A DNA stretch of 58,205 nt from Rhodospirillaceae bacterium (GTDB taxonomy: Bacteria; Pseudomonadota; Alphaproteobacteria; UBA828): assembly GCA_018666805.1 (NCBI GenBank), contig JABIXB010000057.1, positions 1 to 58,205 of the forward strand, in the 5' to 3' direction. Position 1 is the first letter of the stretch, and every line of letters begins with the position of its first letter. A program made the translations under genes and the position numbers. Positions 17,070-27,976 of the stretch are shown one piece after another. The notes under the pieces were generated by a model. That model had not been told where the DNA came from. It saw nothing but the letters and a program-made list of their open reading frames with translations, and did not search any database.

Positions 17070-17537
17070 CTATTTCTTTTTGCGAAACGGCTCGTGACAA
17101 CCTCCGCACGCCTTACCGACCGCGCCGGCGGCTGCGCCGACAGCGGCGATATCACCGGAACTGGCGGCCGCCGCGAGATCGGCGGCGGCGGTTTGCAGGG
17201 CCTTCGCCGCAGCCTGAAACTTCGGCCAATCCTGCCAGATCGACGGCAACGCGCCGGTATCGCCGCTGCCGCTTCCTTCAGGAAAAATATCCGGCATCAT
17301 CGCGGCGCCGTCGGCAATGGCGCGCGCATGGGCGGCGATATGCCCGGCGTAGGATGTCTCGCCCTTCAACACGCTGAAAATGGCGGTAATGTGCGAGGCG
17401 TTGGCGACCATCACCTGTTTGCGGTATTTGATGACATTGGCCGCATCATCGGCGGCGGCGGCGGTTTGCGGAAGTGAGGCAAAACCAACGGCGCCGAGCA
17501 ACACAAGCGCCAAACCAATCCTTGATAAACGAAACAT
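17070..17537 (-). CDS. Class II cytochrome c (c'/c556/c554, CycF-like)
   Basis: Signal peptide, helical Ala-rich body, FPEGS..ALPSIW, C-terminal CGGCH, GGGGAGGG SD. Confidence 0.92.
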   Translation of the reverse strand: MFRLSRIGLALVLLGAVGFASLPQTAAAADDAANVIKYRKQVMVANASHITAIFSVLKGETSYAGHIAAHARAIADGAAMMPDIFPEGSGSGDTGALPSIWQDWPKFQAAAKALQTAAADLAAAASSGDIAAVGAAAGAVGKACGGCHEPFRKKK

Positions 17538-17702
17538 TGTTCCCTCCCCTGTTTGCGCAATAGACGAACGCTAACCGCGCCCGATGGCGCGGTAAAGCGG
17601 CGTCACCGCTGCGCTCGATCATCTTATCGTGATGAGGGCATTAGGGACAAAAATAATGCTTGGGACTGGCGCCCGGTGCGCCGGCACTGTATGACCGGGC
17701 GC

Positions 17703-18287
17703 ATGGAAGAAATCAAAGCGCTTTGCGTCTATTGCGGCTCGCAAAAAGGCACGGATCCACGTTATGCCGAACTTGCCCGCACTCTTGGCGTAGACTTGGC
17801 CAGGCGCGGCATCACCCTGATCTACGGCGCCGGCGGCATCGGCCTGATGAATGAGGTTGCCGATGCCGTTCTCGCCGCTGAGGGGCAGGTGGTCGGTATC
17901 ATTCCCGAACACCTGGCACGCGCCGAAGTGCAACATGACGGTCTCAGCGAGATCGTCATTGTCGACAGCATGCATGAGCGCAAGCAGATCATGTTCGAGC
18001 GCGCCGATGGCTTTGTTGTTTTGCCGGGCGGGCTCGGCACGCTCGACGAATTTTTCGAAATATTGACCTGGCGCCAGATCGGCTTGCACGATAAACCGGT
18101 GGTTATTCTCGATTGCGCCGGCTATTGGGCGCCGCTCAAAACACTGTTGGACCAGGTCGTGAGCCAGGGGTTTGCGCCACCTTCGTCGCACGATCTTTAC
18201 CACTTTGCCGATAGCGTCGCGCAATTGTTCGATATTCTTGAAGCTGCGCCGGAGCCCTCGCTTTCAGCACCGACTGAGCGATTTTGA
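17703..18287 (+). CDS. LOG-family nucleotide phosphoribohydrolase (TIGR00730-like)
   Basis: CVYCGS, YGAGGIGLM, SMHERK, LPGGLGTLDE. Alternative start at 17691. Confidence 0.92.
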   Translation: MEEIKALCVYCGSQKGTDPRYAELARTLGVDLARRGITLIYGAGGIGLMNEVADAVLAAEGQVVGIIPEHLARAEVQHDGLSEIVIVDSMHERKQIMFERADGFVVLPGGLGTLDEFFEILTWRQIGLHDKPVVILDCAGYWAPLKTLLDQVVSQGFAPPSSHDLYHFADSVAQLFDILEAAPEPSLSAPTERF

Positions 18288-18390
18288 CGCGGGGCCTTGA
18301 CCCGATAAACGCCGGTGCTATTGTGCCGGCCCTGTGCCCGTGTGGCGCACATTCACACATTATTTAGCCCAAAATTCCGGAGAGCCTTTA

Positions 18391-19605
18391 ATGGACAAGA
18401 TCAAGGTCGCGAACCCCGTGGTGGAACTCGATGGCGATGAGATGACGCGTATCATCTGGGCCTGGATCAAGGACCGCCTGATCCTGCCCTATCTCGATAT
18501 TGATCTCGCTTATTACGACCTCGGCATGGAATATCGCGACGAAACCGACGACCAAGTCACCATCGACGCGGCGGAAGCGATCAAAAAGCACGGCGTCGGC
18601 GTCAAATGCGCGACCATTACGCCAGATGAGGCCAGGGTTGAGGAATTCGGCCTCAAGAAAATGTGGCGCTCGCCGAATGGCACGATTCGCAACATCCTCG
18701 GCGGCACGGTCTTCCGCGAGCCGATCCTGTGCTCAAACATTCCGCGCCTGGTGCCGGGCTGGACCAAATCGATCGTTATCGGCCGCCATGCCTTCGGCGA
18801 CCAGTACCGCGCCACGGATTTTGTCGTGCCGGGCAAGGGCAAACTCACCGTCCGCTTCGAGCCGGAAGACGGCGGCGCGCCGATCGAGCATGAAGTGTTC
18901 AACTTCCCCGGCGGCGGCGTCGCCATGACCATGTACAATCTCGACGCCTCGATCCGCGATTTCGCCCGCGCCTGCATGGGATACGCTTTGAAGCGCGGCT
19001 GGCCGCTCTACATGTCGACCAAGAACACCATCCTCAAGGCCTATGACGGTCGCTTTAAGGATCTCTTCCAGGAAATCTTCGACGCCGAATTCAAAGCCGA
19101 TTTCGACAAAGCCGGACTGACCTACGAGCATCGCCTGATCGACGATATGGTGGCGGCGGCAATGAAATGGGAAGGCGGCTATGTCTGGGCCTGCAAAAAC
19201 TATGACGGCGATGTGCAGTCCGACACGGTGGCGCAGGGTTTCGGCTCGCTCGGCCTGATGACCTCGGTGCTGATGGCGCCGGACGGCAACACGATCGAGG
19301 CGGAAGCGGCGCACGGCACAGTGACGCGCCATTACCGCGCCTATCAGCGCGGCGAGGAAACCTCGACCAATCCGATTGCCTCGATCTTCGCCTGGTCGCG
19401 TGGCCTCAGCCACCGCGCCAAACTGGATGAGAACGACGCGCTGGCGCGCTTCGCTGAGACGCTGGAGAAGGCTTGTGTCGACACCGTCGAGGGCGGCGAG
19501 ATGACCAAGGATTTGGCGCTATTGGTGCCGGGCAAGCCGCAGCACCTCAACTCAAAGGATTTCCTCGAGGCGATCGCGCGCAAGCTCGAAGCCGCGATGA
19601 GTTAG
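18391..19605 (+). CDS. icd: NADP-dependent isocitrate dehydrogenase
   Basis: [45 protein letters not shown]. Confidence 0.98.
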   Translation: MDKIKVANPVVELDGDEMTRIIWAWIKDRLILPYLDIDLAYYDLGMEYRDETDDQVTIDAAEAIKKHGVGVKCATITPDEARVEEFGLKKMWRSPNGTIRNILGGTVFREPILCSNIPRLVPGWTKSIVIGRHAFGDQYRATDFVVPGKGKLTVRFEPEDGGAPIEHEVFNFPGGGVAMTMYNLDASIRDFARACMGYALKRGWPLYMSTKNTILKAYDGRFKDLFQEIFDAEFKADFDKAGLTYEHRLIDDMVAAAMKWEGGYVWACKNYDGDVQSDTVAQGFGSLGLMTSVLMAPDGNTIEAEAAHGTVTRHYRAYQRGEETSTNPIASIFAWSRGLSHRAKLDENDALARFAETLEKACVDTVEGGEMTKDLALLVPGKPQHLNSKDFLEAIARKLEAAMS

Positions 19606-19619
19606 AGTATTTGGCGGGA

Positions 19620-22265
19620 TTAGCGCTCCGCCAGCGCCTTTTCAATAGCTTCCAGGGCGGCGTCGGCCTGGGATCCGTCCGGGCCGCCGGCCTGGGCCAT
19701 GTCGGGCCGCCCACCGCCGCCCTTGCCGCCGAGTGCGGCAGCACCGGCGCGCACCAGATCGACGGCGCTGACCTTATCCGTTAGGTCGTCAGTGACGCCA
19801 ACCACCAGAGCGGCCTTGCCGTCACTGACAGTGACGACGGCGCAGACACCCGAACCGAGCTTCTTTTTAAACTCATCGACCATGGATTTCAGTTCGCGCG
19901 GCGGCGTGCCGTCGAGACGGCGCGGCAGATAGGCGATGCCGCCGGCATCGCGTGACTCCACCGCCTCACCGCCACCGCCGCCAACGGCCACCTGCTTACG
20001 CAGGTCACGCAACTCGCGCTCGAGCTGGCGGCGTTCGTCCAAAAGCGCCGCGATGCGCGGCGCAAGCTCGGCGGAGGTTGATTTGATCGCAGCACTTGCC
20101 GCCTCAAGGAGGTTGCCTTGCTCCTGCGCATACAGGCGCGCCGCTTCACCGCTAAGCGCTTCAATGCGGCGCACGCCGGCCGCCACGGCAGCTTCGGAGG
20201 TGATGGTAAACATGCCAATATCTCCGGTGCGCCCGACATGGGTACCGCCGCAGAGCTCGACCGAATAGGGCGTGTCGTCCCCTCCTCCCATCGAAACAAC
20301 GCGCACTTCCTCGCCATACTTTTCACCGAACAGCGCCAGCGCGCCATTCTCGACCGCCTCGTCCGGCGTCATCAGGCGGGTCGACAGAGCCGAGTTCTCG
20401 CGGATGCGCTGATTAACTTCTGCTTCGACCGCATTGCGCTCATCATCGCTCATGGGTTTGGGGTGGCTGATGTCGAAGCGTATGCGGTCCGGCGCCACGA
20501 GCGAACCTTTTTGCGTCACATGCTCTCCCAAATGACGGCGCAGGGCGGCATGCAGCAAGTGGGTGACCGAGTGGTTGGCGCGGAGGCCTGCGCGGCGCGG
20601 TGCATCAACGGTGAGGGTCAAGGCTTCGCCTATCGTAAAGGTGCCGCTCTCGACCTCGCCAAAATGTACGATCACATCACTGGCGCGCTTTTGCGTATCC
20701 GTGACCTTGAAGCGTGCGCCATCGGCCGAGACGATTTCGCCGCAATCACCCATCTGGCCGCCGGACTCGCCATAGAACGGGGTCTGGTTGACGACCAGGG
20801 CGATTTCCGTCCCGTCTTCGGCATTCGTTACTTCGGCGCCATCCCGCACCAGGGCCGAAACGACACCCTCGGCACTCGTCATTTCATAGCCGAGAAATTC
20901 GCTCGCGCCGATTTTTTCGCGGACTTCGAACCACACCCGGTCGGTCGCGGCATCGCCCGAACCGGCCCAGGCTTTCCGTGCTTCGGCGCGCTGGCGCTCC
21001 ATGGCGGCGTCGAAACCGGCATTATCGACCTCGCGGCCCTCACGGCGTAGCGCATCCTGGGTGAGGTCAAGCGGAAAGCCATAGGTGTCATAAAGCTGAA
21101 AGGCGACATCGCCGGGCAGCGCCGCGCCGTCACCGAGCTTGGCCGTCGCCGAGCCAAGCAGTTTCAGGCCGCGCGCCAGGGTCTGCTTGAAACGGGTTTC
21201 TTCGAGTTTCAGGGTCTCGGCGATCAGCGCCTCGGCGCGTGCCAATTCGGGGAAAGCCTGGCCCATCTCGCCGACCAGAATCGGCACCAGTTGCCACATT
21301 AACGGGTCCTTGCAGCCCATCTGATGGGCGTAGCGCATGGCGCGGCGCATAATGCGGCGAAGCACATAGCCACGGCCTTCATTGGACGGCGTCACGCCGT
21401 CGGCGATAAGGAACGAACTGGCGCGCAAATGATCGGCAATAACGCGGTGCGAAACCGTGTGGTCGCCGCCGGCCGGCGTGTTCGATATTTCGGCGCTGGC
21501 GGCAATTAAACTGCGAAACAGGTCGGTATCATAATTGTCATGCTCGCCCTGCAGAATGGCGGCGATACGCTCGAGACCCATGCCGGTATCGATCGAGGGT
21601 TTGGGCAGATCGACACGCTCGTCGAGAGTGACCTGCTCAAACTGCATAAACACCAAATTCCAGATCTCGACGAAGCGGTCGCCATCCTCGTCCTGGCTGC
21701 CGGGCGGGCCGCCGGGGATGTCGGCGCCATGGTCGTAGAAAATTTCGGAACAGGGGCCGCAAGGGCCGGTATCGCCCATCGCCCAGAAATTGTCCGATGT
21801 CGGGATACGGATGATCTTATGCTCCGGCAGGCTGGCGACTTTGCCCCACAAATCAAACGCGTCATCGTCTTCCGCATAAACCGTGACCAGCAGGCGCTCC
21901 GCATCGAGACCGAATTCCTTGGTCACCAAATTCCAGGCGAGCTCTATCGCGCGTTCCTTGAAATAATCACCAAAGGAAAAATTACCCAGCATCTCGAAGA
22001 AGGTGTGGTGGCGCGCGGTATAGCCAACATTGTCGAGGTCATTATGCTTGCCGCCGGCACGGACGCATTTTTGCGACGTCGCGGCACGCTGATAATCGCG
22101 CTTCTCAGCGCCGGTGAAGACATTCTTGAACTGCACCATACCGGCATTGGTGAACATCAATGTCGGGTCGTTGTGCGGCACCAGCGGGCTCGAGCTCACG
22201 ACCTCATGACCATTGGTGCGAAAATATTCAAGAAAATGGCTGCGTATATCGTTGACGCTTTGCAT
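19620..22265 (-). CDS. alaS: Alanine--tRNA ligase
   Basis: [37 protein letters not shown], editing HSVTH/ELCGGTH, C-terminal GKGGG. Confidence 0.99.
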   Translation of the reverse strand: MQSVNDIRSHFLEYFRTNGHEVVSSSPLVPHNDPTLMFTNAGMVQFKNVFTGAEKRDYQRAATSQKCVRAGGKHNDLDNVGYTARHHTFFEMLGNFSFGDYFKERAIELAWNLVTKEFGLDAERLLVTVYAEDDDAFDLWGKVASLPEHKIIRIPTSDNFWAMGDTGPCGPCSEIFYDHGADIPGGPPGSQDEDGDRFVEIWNLVFMQFEQVTLDERVDLPKPSIDTGMGLERIAAILQGEHDNYDTDLFRSLIAASAEISNTPAGGDHTVSHRVIADHLRASSFLIADGVTPSNEGRGYVLRRIMRRAMRYAHQMGCKDPLMWQLVPILVGEMGQAFPELARAEALIAETLKLEETRFKQTLARGLKLLGSATAKLGDGAALPGDVAFQLYDTYGFPLDLTQDALRREGREVDNAGFDAAMERQRAEARKAWAGSGDAATDRVWFEVREKIGASEFLGYEMTSAEGVVSALVRDGAEVTNAEDGTEIALVVNQTPFYGESGGQMGDCGEIVSADGARFKVTDTQKRASDVIVHFGEVESGTFTIGEALTLTVDAPRRAGLRANHSVTHLLHAALRRHLGEHVTQKGSLVAPDRIRFDISHPKPMSDDERNAVEAEVNQRIRENSALSTRLMTPDEAVENGALALFGEKYGEEVRVVSMGGGDDTPYSVELCGGTHVGRTGDIGMFTITSEAAVAAGVRRIEALSGEAARLYAQEQGNLLEAASAAIKSTSAELAPRIAALLDERRQLERELRDLRKQVAVGGGGGEAVESRDAGGIAYLPRRLDGTPPRELKSMVDEFKKKLGSGVCAVVTVSDGKAALVVGVTDDLTDKVSAVDLVRAGAAALGGKGGGGRPDMAQAGGPDGSQADAALEAIEKALAER

Positions 22266-22372
22266 GACAGAATCCGATTTAAGGCCCCGCTACCCTTAGG
22301 AGCGCCTGCTATTTAAAGGGCCTGGGTTGGCCTGTCCAGCATGGCGGGCAGAAAACCCGCCTGATTGGTAAG

Positions 22373-22405
22373 AAAGCCGCGCGGTTATTTGCACCGCGCG
22401 GCTTT
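22373..22405 (-). terminator. Intrinsic terminator after recA
   Basis: 13-bp inverted repeat AAAGCCGCGCGGT/ACCGCGCGGCTTT with a 7-nt loop, ending in a T-rich tail on either strand. Confidence 0.7.
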
Positions 22406-22431
22406 CATTTTTCGCATATGTGTGCCGGGAT

Positions 22432-23538
<1,107 letters not shown>

Positions 23539-23587
23539 CAGAACCTCCTTTATTTCATAGCTGGAGTGGGGTTGCAATACGGCCAAT

Positions 23588-23602
23588 GTACATGATTTGT
23601 TC
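23588..23602. promoter_or_regulatory. LexA (SOS) box 1 of recA
   Basis: GTAC-ATGATTT-GTTC (GAAC-N7-GTAC on the minus strand), the alphaproteobacterial SOS box form, 50 bp upstream of recA. Confidence 0.85.
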
Positions 23603-23668
23603 TCGTCCGCAAGAGAGTCGGAAAAGAAAATTATTAAACCATTGAAATAAAATGAAATTATACTATAC

Positions 23669-23683
23669 GTTCGACTCTTGTTC
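23669..23683. promoter_or_regulatory. LexA (SOS) box 2 of recA
   Basis: GTTC-GACTCTT-GTTC, exact GTTC-N7-GTTC. Confidence 0.75.
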
Positions 23684-24055
23684 AGGGCAATAAATTGAGC
23701 CAAAGGAACAAAATTGGCGGCGCGGTCGCGTGCTTCAGGCGAGCAGACTCCGGCGCCAACAATGGTATTTTACGTCGCGCAAACGGCGCCGCCCCTAGAA
23801 GCCAGAGCCAAGGTAAAATTCCTTTACATCGGCATTGTTGTTGAGTGCAATGTTGGTGTTTTGTTCCGCCAAAAGAATAGTCACGCCATTCGTTGCTTTT
23901 GTCATATGGAATTAGCGCGGGCAGTAAGAGGCCTGGAAGGTGGCTGAGAGTTTCTGTTGCGCAGTCAGACGATGCCATGCTTGATGGGCCCCTGCCGGGC
24001 GGCGCCATGCAAGCCTCCCCTGTACATACAAATAAACCGCGTAGCGGAGGCCCCG

Positions 24056-24511
24056 ATGATCAAGACCGAACACCTTTTCACCATGCCTGTCGAAGTCGAA
24101 ATGCCGCTACAGATGGTTGGCCAAACACCGATCGGCGAGCGCCGCATTGCCAAGGTCACGGGCGGCACCTTCGAAGGGCCAAAGATGAAGGGCACGATCC
24201 TGCCCGGTGGTGGCGATTGGCTGTTGCTGCGGTCCGACGGCAGCCTGCAATTGGATGTCCGCGTAACCCTGCAGACGGACGACGATGCGCTGATCTATAT
24301 GACCTATCGCGGCTTCCGACATGGTCCGGCGGAAGTCATGGCGCGGCTCAACAAGGGTGAGGCCGTGGACCCAAGCGAATATTATTTCCGCGTTGCGCCT
24401 TTTTTTGAAACCGGAGCGGAAAAATACGATTGGCTCAACCGTATCGTAACAGTCGGCACCGGACACCGATTGGCCTCAGGGCCTGTCTATGAGGTGTTTC
24501 AAGTAATGTAA
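24056..24511 (+). CDS. DUF3237 (UPF0311)-family protein
   Basis: GGAGG SD, GERRIAKVTGGTFEG, GGGDW, LDVRVTLQTDD, YYFRVAPFFETG, WLN. Confidence 0.9.
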   Translation: MIKTEHLFTMPVEVEMPLQMVGQTPIGERRIAKVTGGTFEGPKMKGTILPGGGDWLLLRSDGSLQLDVRVTLQTDDDALIYMTYRGFRHGPAEVMARLNKGEAVDPSEYYFRVAPFFETGAEKYDWLNRIVTVGTGHRLASGPVYEVFQVM

Positions 24512-24576
24512 GCGGTGGGTTGAGGGCGGTTAGCGGCGCCTTATATTCGCGCCCAGCTAAATTTTCGCGCTACGTC

Positions 24577-25230
24577 TTATTTCCGCGCTTCGACCTGGGC
24601 GCGCAACTCATCAAGAAAGCCGTCCATGCCTTTGCGATTGATCACCGAGGCAAACTCGATACGGTGAGTATGCAGCATGCTGATACCCTCGACATTGATA
24701 TCGACAACCCGGTAGCTGCCCTCAATCACCCGCACGCGGTAATCCACCCCGATTGGCGGGTCGCCCGAGGGCCTGAGGATTCGCGTCCGCACAATCACAT
24801 CGCCATGCTTGTCCGATTCCATCGTCTCCATTATCTCGAAGGTCTCGCCATTGTATGAATCGAAACGGCTTGCATAGACGCGGACAATGAAATCAACAAA
24901 TATATCATTGTAGGCTTGGCGCTGCGCCTTCGTCGCGGACTTCCAATAGCGCCCTAAAACGAAGCGGCTAATGGTCCGGATGTGGAAAGCCTCGACGAGG
25001 ATATGGCGGAAAGCGGTTTCGCGTTCGGCAAAGGTGCTGCCTTCCTTGTCGCGCAACACATCGACGGCGCGAACGCCCAGGTCACGGATAAATTCACTTG
25101 CCTCACTGTCGGCGGCACGAGCCGAAACGCCCGCAGAGGAAAAAGAGAATGCCAATAAAACGAGCAAGGCAATGCCCTGCCGGCGCCCGGCCGTGGCGGC
25201 GCTAAGCGTCAAAACAGACAATGATCTCAT
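24577..25230 (-). CDS. mlaC: MlaC/Ttg2D phospholipid-binding protein
   Basis: Signal peptide, ISRFVLGRYW, VDYRV, VVDINVEGISM..R.EF. Lies downstream of mlaA. Confidence 0.88.
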   Translation of the reverse strand: MRSLSVLTLSAATAGRRQGIALLVLLAFSFSSAGVSARAADSEASEFIRDLGVRAVDVLRDKEGSTFAERETAFRHILVEAFHIRTISRFVLGRYWKSATKAQRQAYNDIFVDFIVRVYASRFDSYNGETFEIMETMESDKHGDVIVRTRILRPSGDPPIGVDYRVRVIEGSYRVVDINVEGISMLHTHRIEFASVINRKGMDGFLDELRAQVEARK

Positions 25231-25266
25231 TCTTTGCTCAATCTCATCGGAGGCTTGTGGCTTGCT

Positions 25267-26091
25267 TTATTCAATCTCATCGGAAGCTGTGGCTTGATCA
25301 AATTCGTCGTCTGAATAATCTTCCAACGTGATACTGGGGATGGGCAAGGTCGGCGGTAATTCGCCATTGCGAACCTCGCCCGCCCGATGCTGGCGATAGA
25401 GCTCCCGCATGGCCGCGTAAAAATCAATCGAGGTTTCCTCAAGCGTATCCAGCTCATTTATAAACCTGGAGCGCACATCAATGCCGCGGGCAATCATGCG
25501 CTGATATTTTTCGTGGCTGCGCAGAGCCCGGGTAAATGGATCCATAAACCAATCCACCCCCATGCCAACAGCATCACGCGGATTGGACGGGCCAAACAAC
25601 GGCAATACCAGATAGGGCCCTTCGGCGACGCCCCATACGGCAAGCGTCTGGCCAAAATCCTCATCCGCCCGGGACAAACCAATGCCATCGGCGATATCGA
25701 AAATACCGCCCAGACCGATTGTCGAATTAAAGGCGAAACGGAGCATTGAGGTGACGGCGCGCTCCAAATTCCATTGCAGTAAGCCGTTGGCAAAATTAAC
25801 CGGTTCGCCCAAATTATTCAGCACATTGGTGACGCGCTCACGGCCCCATCTGGGCACCACGCCGACATACATCTCGGCCAAGGGCCCGAGCAACACACCA
25901 TCCAGGGTTCGATTAATTTCAAAGGTAATCCGGTTGATGTCCTCAAACGGGTCATTCACCGAATATTCTTCGTCGTCAAGACTTTCGGATGAGTTCGAAG
26001 ACGCGCAACCGGAAACCACACCAACCACCAGCAACATGGCTAGTACTTGCGTCCAGCGCCTATATTTTTTGGATGCCACGCGAAACGTCAA
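25267..26091 (-). CDS. mlaA: MlaA/VacJ lipoprotein
   Basis: Lipobox VSGC, DPFEDINR, NSTIGLGGIFD, EDFGQTL, GPYLVLPLFGPSNPRD. TTG start uncertain. Confidence 0.92.
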   Translation of the reverse strand: MTFRVASKKYRRWTQVLAMLLVVGVVSGCASSNSSESLDDEEYSVNDPFEDINRITFEINRTLDGVLLGPLAEMYVGVVPRWGRERVTNVLNNLGEPVNFANGLLQWNLERAVTSMLRFAFNSTIGLGGIFDIADGIGLSRADEDFGQTLAVWGVAEGPYLVLPLFGPSNPRDAVGMGVDWFMDPFTRALRSHEKYQRMIARGIDVRSRFINELDTLEETSIDFYAAMRELYRQHRAGEVRNGELPPTLPIPSITLEDYSDDEFDQATASDEIE

Positions 26092-26617
26092 ATGCCCGTC
26101 CTCAATATTTCAACCAGCCATAAATCCGGTTTGGATAAACCCAAGCGACACGAACCAATGGCCTTCATACCCCACCTCACGTCGACCCTACCGACAATAG
26201 GATAACGCCAAACTCTTTCAAATGTCTGATTTGCACCAAACCCGTGATTTTCGCAACAGTCGGAAGTCATGAAAACGCCAAAAATGCTCCAATCACGTTG
26301 CCTTCTCCCAGGCCGCCACGAATCCCCTGTTCAGTCCGTAAACCCGCCAGATGATTAGCATATCTCAAATCAAGAAACCAGCGCCGCAAAGAGCGAAACA
26401 CATCGACACGCTGATGAACACATCCGAATGTAACAATTATGTTACAGGTTCGGTTAATGCCGCATCAATTATTTTGGTTAACTCCTGCCAAGCCGGCCAT
26501 TGATCGCGAAAAATACGGTTAACATACTGAAAATACACAATATTTTTGTTACCATAAAAATGTCTCCGGATGATTTTCCGCTCAAATCGGAGTACTGGCG
26601 ACCTCCCGCTCACCCCG

Positions 26618-26647
26618 TTAAACAGCCGTCAACCAGCTTTTAACCAT
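26618..26647. promoter_or_regulatory. CtrA-like triple half-site
   Basis: TTAA-N7-TCAA-N7-TTAACCAT, about 75 bp upstream of the EAL-like gene. Confidence 0.55.
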
Positions 26648-26722
26648 AGGTGTGTACAGTCATGTTTTGGCCGTACCATCGGCGAATCGACGCCCGGTAC
26701 AGGTAAGACTATTAAGAAAAAA

Positions 26723-27961
26723 ATGCCCATGCAAAGCTCTGTAAACCGCCCCCAGCTATTTGAAGGCCGCGATTCGGGTTTCCACCTGACGCAAGCGCTG
26801 CAAGACCGAACGGCGCCCTCAGGCGGGAAATATGCCATTTATCTCAGCCTTTCGTCATTGGATCAGAAGAATCTGCATGGCTATCATCTGAGTACAATTA
26901 AATACGCGATAGAGACCATTTGCCAAAACCTTGGTGCAAAGCTCTTTTTATTCGAAAACACAGATATGATTGTGTTGTGCTCTGACACCGAAGCGACGGC
27001 CATAGAAAATATTACCCATCGTTTGCGTGGCCTGTTCACCGGAATGATCACGCTTCTCCAGGGCAACAAAACCGATTCGCTCTGCAACTGGTATGATTTA
27101 ATTACCCAGGGCGATCAATTTGAAGAAGTCTGCCGACCACTGACCGAAAATAGCGGAACGATAACGGCCCACGCTGCGCCGCCGTCGACCAGCCAAAAAA
27201 CCATTGAACCCATTAATGCCGATATGCTCGCCAAACTCGAAAGGGGCCTGGCAACAATCGATGTGAGCAGCTTCATCCGCCGCCAACCGATTTGCAAAAT
27301 ACTGCCCGGCATAGACACCCATCCAAAACATTTGGCGAACGAGATTTATGTGCGCGTCAATGATTTGCGCGACACGATTTTGCCTGAGGTCGACCTTATG
27401 GCGAATCGCTGGCTGTTCCGTCATTTAACGGCGCAATTGGATCAGCGCGTCCTGGCCACCATTCTTGAGAATATCCAGGCCAATTTACGCACACCGATTT
27501 CCTTGAACATGAACATCAAAAGCGTCATGTCGCATGAATTTACGCAATTGGTGCGCCTGCTCTCACCGTCGCAACGGGAAAAAATCATCATCGAAATTCA
27601 TTGCGTCGACCTCATTTCCGATCCCGGCGCCTTTCAGTTCGCGCACGCCTATCTCAGTAATATTGGCTTCGAATTGGCACTCGACGGCACCGACATATTC
27701 AGTTTTCCCGAATTCGCTCGCCACGATGTCGGCTTCCACTATGTAAAATTTGGCTGGGACGAGGCGCTGGAAGGCGAACTCACGCTAAGTGACCTTCAGC
27801 GACTGGATAAAGCCGTGCGCCAATTGGGCTCGGAAAAGGTCATTCTCTGCCACTGCGGCACAGCGCGCGCGATGGAATTCGGACATCAAGTCGGCGTGTA
27901 CAATTTTCAGGGCCGCCATATCGATGAACTGCTGAACCCGTCATTGCGGCGGCAAAATTAG
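26723..27961 (+). CDS. Degenerate EAL-domain protein
   Basis: RRQPI, EIYV (for EAL), ISLNMN, IIIEI, LALDG (for DDFG), YVKF, FQG. Start placed at the ATG after AAGAAAA rather than at 26570. Confidence 0.75.
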   Translation: MPMQSSVNRPQLFEGRDSGFHLTQALQDRTAPSGGKYAIYLSLSSLDQKNLHGYHLSTIKYAIETICQNLGAKLFLFENTDMIVLCSDTEATAIENITHRLRGLFTGMITLLQGNKTDSLCNWYDLITQGDQFEEVCRPLTENSGTITAHAAPPSTSQKTIEPINADMLAKLERGLATIDVSSFIRRQPICKILPGIDTHPKHLANEIYVRVNDLRDTILPEVDLMANRWLFRHLTAQLDQRVLATILENIQANLRTPISLNMNIKSVMSHEFTQLVRLLSPSQREKIIIEIHCVDLISDPGAFQFAHAYLSNIGFELALDGTDIFSFPEFARHDVGFHYVKFGWDEALEGELTLSDLQRLDKAVRQLGSEKVILCHCGTARAMEFGHQVGVYNFQGRHIDELLNPSLRRQN

Positions 27962-27976
27962 CGGCGCGGTGCCATA

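Noticed and set aside
23539-23703. N-terminal extension of RecA in the ORF track (likewise 26570, 29944, 17553, 18334)
   Set aside because: These run through promoter/operator DNA, and better SD- or homology-supported starts lie downstream.
23930-24010. TPP riboswitch suggested by GCTGAGA
   Set aside because: The remaining conserved core (CCTGA..GATAA/GTAATGC..GCGTAGG) is absent and no thiamine gene follows.
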